From Balanoglossus misakiensis (lineage: Eukaryota; Animalia; Hemichordata): a DNA stretch of 64,000 nucleotides. Positions 56,201 through 64,000 of the stretch are shown here, piece after piece. Location of the stretch: assembly GCA_040954595.2 (NCBI GenBank), contig CM082580.2, positions 2,904,783 to 2,968,782 on the forward strand, given 5' to 3'. Made by a program: the position numbers and the translations under genes. The notes beneath the pieces are model-generated. The model saw nothing but the letters and a program-made list of their open reading frames with translations. It made no database searches and was not told the origin of the DNA. Position 1 is the first letter of the stretch. The number at the start of each line of letters is the position of its first letter.

Positions 56201-59200
56201 AAGTGGCAAATACGTATTTGAAGGGACTTGACACTATAACAGGTATGACACCCAGTAGCATTAGGGTTAAGACCACTAAACTGTAGTATCTGACTATAAA
56301 CTGTGTAATGGCTCCAGACAGATTGATGGACATATAGACAGATGAAGCCCAATCAATCAGTCCCCCCCCCCCCCCCCCCTTGGACTTTGTCTACAGGGAC
56401 GAAAAAACAGAATGAAAAGAGTTCATCACTTACTTGACAGGGTTTAAACGACTTCTATCCACTGATATTGTTTTACAATTTGTGTGTAATTCAACTCTTG
56501 CTGTTGACTCTGTAGCATCTTTCACAATGCCAATATAACCTGTGTGAAGATGTTGTATGTGTTTGCTGGTTAATCTTTGATGATGTTACAATATATACAT
56601 TTATACAAACTTCCCATTCTGCTTAAGATGTTTGAGAAAACATGAATTGATTCCACGTCCTGTGTATGACCGTCGCTCTTTCCCGCAGCTGCTAAATTTC
56701 AAGCCTAACATCACTGGACAGAAAACCAAGGTGTCTGTCTAATTGATAGACCTTTTTTCGATCTCCACAAGACATAGGGCATTTATATGCGTGAAACTTA
56801 TAAATAGTAAAGTTCAAAGTGTAGATATTAGTATAAAGGTCACTCTACAAATGAAAAACCTGTACAATTCGTACCATGTTCTTAACATATGAGATTTGGA
56901 TCCATATATTGGTAAGGTTATGATACAACCATTCTGAATGCTTACCTTTGAAAGGCCCTTGACATATCCTGACTGTCTGTCCGATAAGATCATTATCCCG
57001 TCTCCCCCTGCCCCTCCCTGGTCCCCCTTGTCCTCCACCTCCTCCTCTTCCTCCCCTACCCCCACTACTTGGATGTGATGGACTGCTGATACGTGGTGAC
57101 ATGTAGCCACTAACTGGATCTGTATGCGCTGCCTGTCAATCAATTGAACAAAATTATGAGATATGTCAAAATATAATTTTGTTAGATGAACTTGTTTCAA
57201 GAGGCATTGTTTAAATATTTATATTTATTTCAATTTCATCAACTTCTAATAGTAAATGAAAAAAAGCACTGAAAGTACTGTAAAAAGAGAAATTTTCACA
57301 ACAGGAAATTTTTGCGATATCAACTGAGGCGACTATTCTGCAATGATTAATTTTCACGTTCTCTTTATCTCCGAATAACATTCTATTGTACACAATGTTC
57401 TTTCGCGACTATTTATTATCACATTCTTTTTTGGCTCTCGGGAAGTTTGCAAAAATATATCGTTAATAGCTAAAATATCCTGTTTTATAGTTTACAACAA
57501 AGGGTGCCTGCTGTTCCAGTAAACAAGGTGCCTTTGAAACAACAGATGTGATTATTCAAATAACAACAATGTATGGATGAAAGTTTAGCAAGGACAAAGT
57601 CTCTCTATCGCTGCCCTTTTTCCATTGTTATGTTTGATACAAGACACCGTTAATGTTAATGTACATGTGGGTATATGTGGTAAATGAACGTTCAACCACA
57701 CACAACTTCCATCCCGCTTGTATGATATGAGAGAAAAAACTCACCCAAAATGAATAAGTGGTAGAGACTGATTATTCATTTTGGCGAGTTTTTTCACTCT
57801 CATGTCTACAAGTAGGATGGAAGTTGTGTTTGGTCGAACATTGATTCACTATATATCCACATGTACATTAACATACACAGTGTCTTATCAAACATAATTA
57901 ATGGGAAAAGGGTAGCGAGAGAGAGACTATGCAAGTTTTGTTATGATATTCAACAGTGGAGCCAGCCAGCTAGTAGTATAATTGAACCTACCCTTGCTCC
58001 ACCACCACCAGCTAGTACTATGTGTCTTGTCCTGCAAACAAAGATGCCACCATTTTCTGTCATCAAACGGGAATGTAAGAAAGCAAAACTACGATAGATG
58101 TGTTTGACTTCTCCTTGCCGACCCTGTAACCAAAATATGTATACAAAAGATGGAAATGGTCACTGTATGATATTTGTACCTGACTTTAAAGCAGTGGTGT
58201 AGATTTAGACAAAACCCACGGGCACCAAGTCAATTTGACAAACACATGTAATAACATAGTCTGTCGCCCAGTGACACCAATCGGAAAATGGTATCACCCC
58301 ACACCAAGGTGGGCGGAAGTTGGTCCTGGCGTTTTTTTTATCCATAATTCAAATTGGAAATTCTGCCAACTTTCCCTCGATTTTGTAAAAAATCGCGCGA
58401 CTTATACATGGCAAAAATGTTTTTTTTTTCTTTCTGAAAGAGTGGCCTCAAAGCTACCAAATTATGTAGAAATCAGCTGGACCAGATTTCCCCTGTAAGC
58501 AGCATACTACATACAAAAAAAACCCTTGAGAGAACTTACAGAATGTGGTCCATCTATCACTTTCACAATATCTTTGACTTGAATATTATTCTGTTCAGCA
58601 TCCAGTGCCACGGCATTCCTTGAGTCTTTCTTCCTTGTCACTGCTTGATGTTTGACTGTTATCAACTGTCAAAGGTAAAGCAAAATATTTATTCACTTTT
58701 CAGAACAACTGCCTACTGTCACTATCAGACAAGTGTCAGTCAATGTCAAAGTTGTCATCATGTCATAATTGTCATACAATTGCCAGCTATGACATTCTGT
58801 CATACGATTGTCAATCATTTTCATAATTGTTGTAAAGCACCTTGATCACGAAACATTGTGGATAAGTGCGCTATACAAGAACTCACTATTATAATGGCAC
58901 TGTGTCTCTATTGTTTCATGCACTAACAGACAAAAGTACCAACACAAATATTGATGACATTGCATACAAGCATTGAGTCCAAATGCACCAAGAGTAATAT
59001 TATGTTCTAAAAAACTAAAAGCCCAAAAAAGGTATAGATTCAGGGAAATCTTACCTTTCCATGCATGTTAAGTACTTGAAAAGATTCCCTTTCAAGTCTG
59101 ACTATTACACCCACTGTCTGTGGACTGCAAATGAAAAAAAAAATCAATCATTTTACAATGAAAACTACCAGTAGCATATGATGTATTCTTTGTAGTTCTA

Positions 59201-62200
59201 GGAGTCTAGGTTCTATGAGTGTTAAGGACAGGATCCATTGGAATTTAAATACTCAGAAATAATAGAAAGGTGACGTCGCTGAGAAGCTGATTCAAAATAC
59301 ACTCATTGAATGAATGAGCCTACTTACTCTAGCTGTACAAGATCTCCCCACTGGAACTGACCAAGTGAATCCACACCTGAACTCATCTCAGTGCAAAGTT
59401 GAAGATCTTTTGGCAGTACTTTAAGCTGAAATAAAAAGAAATACATTCTAACTCCAATATTGAACTTTAGTTAATAATGCAATTACATATTGAAATTTGT
59501 ATTCTTTCATATAGGGCGCATTCAATAAAATTCTATATTATGGTCAGAGATTACCATACCTCGTGCAGGCTTTAAATCATCATATTGCCCTGGCCAACAC
59601 ATGTGTTATTATTAATAATTATCATGTCCTAAGTCTGTGGGTGCCGGGTGCTATTTAATACTGCACCAAATTGCAACATCAAGGGTACATTTGACAACAC
59701 AAAACCTTGTTGCAGGACATTGCAGAGTAATCGCGTAGACTGAAATCAAAACCACAAAGTGTGGATCAGATATAAATCAAAAATGCAGACTCTATAGGGT
59801 CTACTGGATACTCACTTCATGCATTGTCAAGTCTGAAAAAAGAATAACCATATTGTCTTCCACACGAACAATAAGTCCAGTATCACTCTCATATCGGCCA
59901 GTGATCACTTTCACATGGTCACCCATTCGAAAATGTTTCCGCAACTCCCGTGCTGGGAAATCAAGTGGTTCCTAAGATGAATTGGTAAAAAAAAAATTAA
60001 TAACTTTGTCTAGTCATGCCAGAAAAGGTTTGACACAACTGTCAAGAATAGTGAATTTAAACTGTACTATACATACCGTATTACAATTTTAAGAATTGCT
60101 GTTCATCAGCCTTTTAATGGTACTTTACAAACAAAAACTTGCTTTCCGGGTTCCAGCACTGAACAAATTCTGTCAAGCATGATTTCAAAAGATACACATG
60201 ATGAGAAACAGCAAAACTACTGTAAAACACTTTATTTTCGCGAGTTAAATTTTTCGCGATATCGAGAGAGGCCACTGTATCGCGAGTATTAATTTTCACG
60301 TTCTCTTATTTCATTCACTGCATCGCTATCTTCAAAAACAATTTACGCGACTTTTATTTTCACACTATTTTGGCTCTCGCGTATTTGGGAAAATTAATTG
60401 CTCGCGAAAATAAAGTGTTTTACAGTATTTCACAGTTTGGCCTGGGTAGAGTTTTAGCATTGATAGATGTATGCTTACCTTTAGATCTTCATGTTTTGGT
60501 ACCATGGTGATTTTATCACCATCTACAGCAATGACTTTGCCCTGTAGATGTACCAATTCACCTTCTATGACCTCTACATTGTCACCAGGAGCCAAATTAT
60601 GCAACACTCTCTCTCCTGATTTGGTCTCAGGCACCACTGGATATATCAAACATGTTAAGGAACAACTATCTTTCAATATGGTTTTGGAAGTTTTATCTCA
60701 CACTTTGAAATTCAAAAGCTAAGTTCACAAAAGTTTGAATTGCTCATTCTTTGGAGAATAGTATGTCTACACAATCAGGATTGTGTGCAAAGCTGGGGTA
60801 CAAGATACCATAGACTGGTCTATTCTGAAGAAATCTACATTCATGAAGTGAATGAGTGTATTAATTGGTAAGTGTTTCATCATTTGCATGATGTCTCTAT
60901 TGTGATCTTTACTATGAGTGCAATTTCTATCACCATAACATGGAGTAAATATGTTAAAAGTAAAAAAAAAAAATAATTGCTACACATTTTTGTGATATTC
61001 TTTACGACCACTAAACTGTAGGATCTGACTATGAACATATGTGAAAATGAAGTTTCACTGATTTGTAAAGGATACATTCCACATCTAGGTTTTCAGGTTG
61101 ATCTTCAAATTTCTCCAATTCTGACAAAGTAGGCTTGATGCCCTCTGTCAGCTGTCAACAACAAAAAAATAACATTATTCCAAGTAGAAAAGACACAGTT
61201 ACATTGGCATATTCAGACACACCTTGAATTTTGATGGCCCTGCATGTGACCAGAACTATTCTTTTTCAAAGCCATATTTCATATCAAAGATGTGACAATC
61301 CCACAAACTACACACTTTTAAAAAGCAGACAGAGCCTCTGCACTTTACTCTGATACATGTATGGTTACAGTTACACAGAAATACACCGAATTACTGGAAT
61401 CAGCCATCAAAGCTGTGTAGGGACATAATGTGTAAAATACACAATTTTTTGAAGGTATTGTACTCGGTTGTTGGTTCTGATACAACTTTATTATTCACCA
61501 ATTGATTTTTTTTTTTCGGGATAAAATTGATCACCACCACTAGCCCTTCATTACAAGTTGAACTGACGGCACAGCAAATATAACCAGTATTTAGCACACA
61601 AAGCTCACCAACAAAAAAAAAACACTTACAATTGCACTCATTGCAAATGTCTTGTACAGGAAACCCTTTCTGCTGTATCTATTTCCTTCAAAGATGAGAA
61701 AGTCACCATCTGTTGTCACATCACCTCCGATAGCCCTGTTGAAGTCACAATCAGAATATTTATAGTCATCTTTATAATTCGTGTTTTAGGTACCGCACAT
61801 GGTGATTCAATTTTCCGCCAACACGTTACATTGTTATTGTATTGTTATTTACTAAGTGTGTGTGTTTGCTGATTGTTGACTGTTGTTATTGCTCGCTAAT
61901 AAATGGTTGCAGTTCATTGCACGTCAAGTTGGTCTGTCTTTATTGCCGTTCTGATTTTTCACAGTACTCAAGTCTTGTATCATTGTTTACTTCCGCTGGC
62001 ATAGCAATGTGTGCATTTTTGGATGTTTGTCGTACGACCAAGGTCTGTGACCCGTAAACAAATAAACAACATTGTCCAATCAAAGATGGGGTTGTGATGA
62101 CATCATTGTAGTGTGGCCTGTTCGCAAAACAAGCAATATCATTTGCAATTGATGGTCGTTTTTTTCTGGTGTTCACGATGATTTATCCTAAAATGTGATT

Positions 62201-63544
62201 AACACTATAATAATAACTGAGCCCCATGGCCAGATCGTGCAAGCAAGACGTAGCGCTGGTGTTTGCACTCGTGCTGGCGGTGTAATGCAAATGTTCTGCA
62301 TATTTTGCCCTTGACGCATGCAAATAGTGGACTGATTTCGCTTCCTTCCATATTTCATGCGCACTGTATAAGTAGGCTTTAGTTTTTCTCCTTCTTTTCA
62401 CCCAATTTGCTGTCTTATCCTGATCCCTGCCGCAGACTATGGTTGGCGCCATAGTGTCCATTCTTAGGACAGCACACTGCCTTATGCCATTGACTGTATA
62501 TAATTTCTGTAACCAGAGTCTCTGGTTGATGTGCATAAGACGATTGTCGCCCTTTCAAGGGACATGCACACCAAATATGACAGTAGTATGACTAGTGGCT
62601 TATGTTAAGAAGGCGACTGGTGATCATTAATGTTCATGGGCTACGAACTGACTTGATAAATGAAACCATACATTTCTAGAAAAAACTTTTCACCTGATAG
62701 AATCCACATCAAACAATTTCTGTTGTGGTTTCTTGTTTTTCTTTCTCTTCTCCTGGATATCTGTTGCTGAGCGCACCAAACCTCTGGGCCTGGTGTAATC
62801 AACACGTGGGATTAACTTGAGAGTAACCTGGTTCTGAGCTGGTTCTACATAATCAATCTGAAATAGGACCATAAACAATCTGTAAATCTGGACCACCAGA
62901 AAGTGCAGCTGAGCTTCTTACAAGTATCCTGATGTGAACAACTGGACAAGCTCTGACTCAAAATTATCTCTGTGACCAGCTTATTCCCAAACAATACCAG
63001 ATAAGATTGCCTAAGGTACTGAAAACAGTTTTACATGTAAAGTATCAGTTTTACATGTAAAGTATTCTGATCAGTATTTCTTCAGTTAATTTTTTTTTAA
63101 ATTTTGAAGTGGAACTAACGAAACTAAACAAAGCACAGTTAGCTGTCAGTGTGTGAGACAAATTTGGACAATGTCAAATAGGTCATATCACCACCTAGTC
63201 TTCTGCATCATGAAAAAATTACGAAAATATATATGCAGTTGTCCCACTGAAAATCACATTACCTATAATCAAATATTTGGTTTGATAAATACCTGTGCAA
63301 GATCATCTTTGAATACACCTCTTTTCAAGCGGACCCATGATTTAGGTTTCAGCGTTACGACCTCCTTCACGACTTTGAGTACATCTGGCATTTCCTTGAT
63401 AGGAACCATCTGTTGTGTCCACAGACCCATTCTTAAATTACCAACACCCTCTATAGTGTGCTTGACATGGGTTTGCTTGAAGGCTTCTATGTAGATATAA
63501 CCTTTCAGTCCTTCAACAGCAACCACTGATTTGATTTGAAGAGG
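53287..63544 (-). CDS. SUPT5H: Transcription elongation factor SPT5 (DSIF large subunit), 5'-partial, 16 exons in window
   Basis: Exons: 63293-63544 (NGN: [15 protein letters not shown]), 62694-62857, 61630-61735, 61076-61151, 60479-60636, 59816-59971, 59328-59425, 59055-59124, 58540-58665, 57992-58123, 56946-57132 (RGG region, KOW5), 56434-56539, 55669-55787 and 55072-55177 (CTR1 GSRTPMY repeats), 54536-54756 and 53806-54110 (CTR2), plus terminal exon 53287-53532 ([12 protein letters not shown]). Phases are consistent. Confidence 0.97.
54812..55046. mobile_element. Family B foldback MITE, left-truncated
   Basis: Centre and right arm are homologous to 20164-20485, ending GTCCCT-TTAA. Confidence 0.75.
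55980..56266. mobile_element. Family E piggyBac-type MITE copy (inverted)
   Basis: Reverse complement of 19596-19901 with TTAA flanks. Confidence 0.85.
57276..57491. mobile_element. MITE family D copy (degenerate, inverted)
   Basis: TACTGTAAA start and internal ATTAATTTTCACGTTCTCT shared with the 60218 copy. Confidence 0.65.
57591..57929. mobile_element. Family B foldback MITE copy
   Basis: Homologous to 20164-20485 and retains the single TTAA empty site at 57656-57659. Confidence 0.8.
60218..60427. mobile_element. MITE family D copy (inverted)
   Basis: Close reverse complement of 5807-6016. Confidence 0.8.
60637..61075 (-). other. U12-type (minor spliceosome) GT-AG intron in SUPT5H
   Basis: The 5' splice site reads GTATCCTTT. 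Branch site TTCCTTAAC (60654-60662) lies 17 nt from the CAG acceptor, with no polypyrimidine tract. Confidence 0.9.
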
Positions 63545-64000
63545 CTGAAATAAGAAGTAATCATGTAATTCGGAACATGTACCGCATTGTGTTGCATCAT
63601 TGCCCATGTGTCGTAAAGGGCCCATCCCCACCTTTCATTGAAAGTGTCAAGTTGAGGTAATATTTTGGTAACAACCCATCCCGATTTTTAAAAGCATTTT
63701 AGGGGGAAAGATAAATAAAAATATTTGTGTGTGATCCCATTCTTTCTATAGTTCCTTTTCTCTTGATTTGGGCCTTTTTGATTTTTTAGTGTATTGTCAT
63801 GTTTATTGTACCTGTAAAGATGTATTTAGCTGCAAGTGGACAAATGTACAGGGTTTTTGTGAAGGGTGGTACTCAGGTAAATGTTACCTGGGTTCCCCAG
63901 TCATTTTCTTGTGGTTCCCCTTTTTATATCAATGCAGTCATATCTAGATTTTAGTCCCTTCTTTTCACCCAATTTGCGGTCTTTTCCCGATCTCCAACAC

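Overview
AT-rich, intron-rich animal (metazoan) genomic DNA. An invertebrate deuterostome such as a hemichordate or echinoderm is my inference from protein similarity and repeat style. Four spliced genes could be rebuilt by hand with consistent GT-AG boundaries and phases: (1) DCTN2/dynamitin on the minus strand, 13 exons, 401 aa; (2) kinesin-1 heavy chain (KIF5/Khc) on the plus strand, 23 core exons plus candidate alternative tail exons, head-to-head with DCTN2 with only 560 bp between the ATGs; (3) a BTB-BACK 'serine-enriched protein' (gprs-like) on the minus strand, converging on the kinesin 3' end; (4) the 3' 16 exons of SUPT5H/SPT5 on the minus strand, running off the right edge. Introns carry many non-autonomous DNA transposons (Kolobok-type, piggyBac-type, Tc2/pogo-type and foldback MITEs, one of them nested), an L2/CR1 LINE remnant and microsatellites. 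The main points of interest are the dynactin/kinesin-1 bidirectional promoter, a stop codon overlapping a splice donor that gates an extended kinesin tail, a U12-type intron in SPT5, and a hidden upstream coding exon with a nearby RFX X-box for the BTB gene. I saw no evidence for a wholly new protein system. All coordinates were read by eye and may be off by a few bases.
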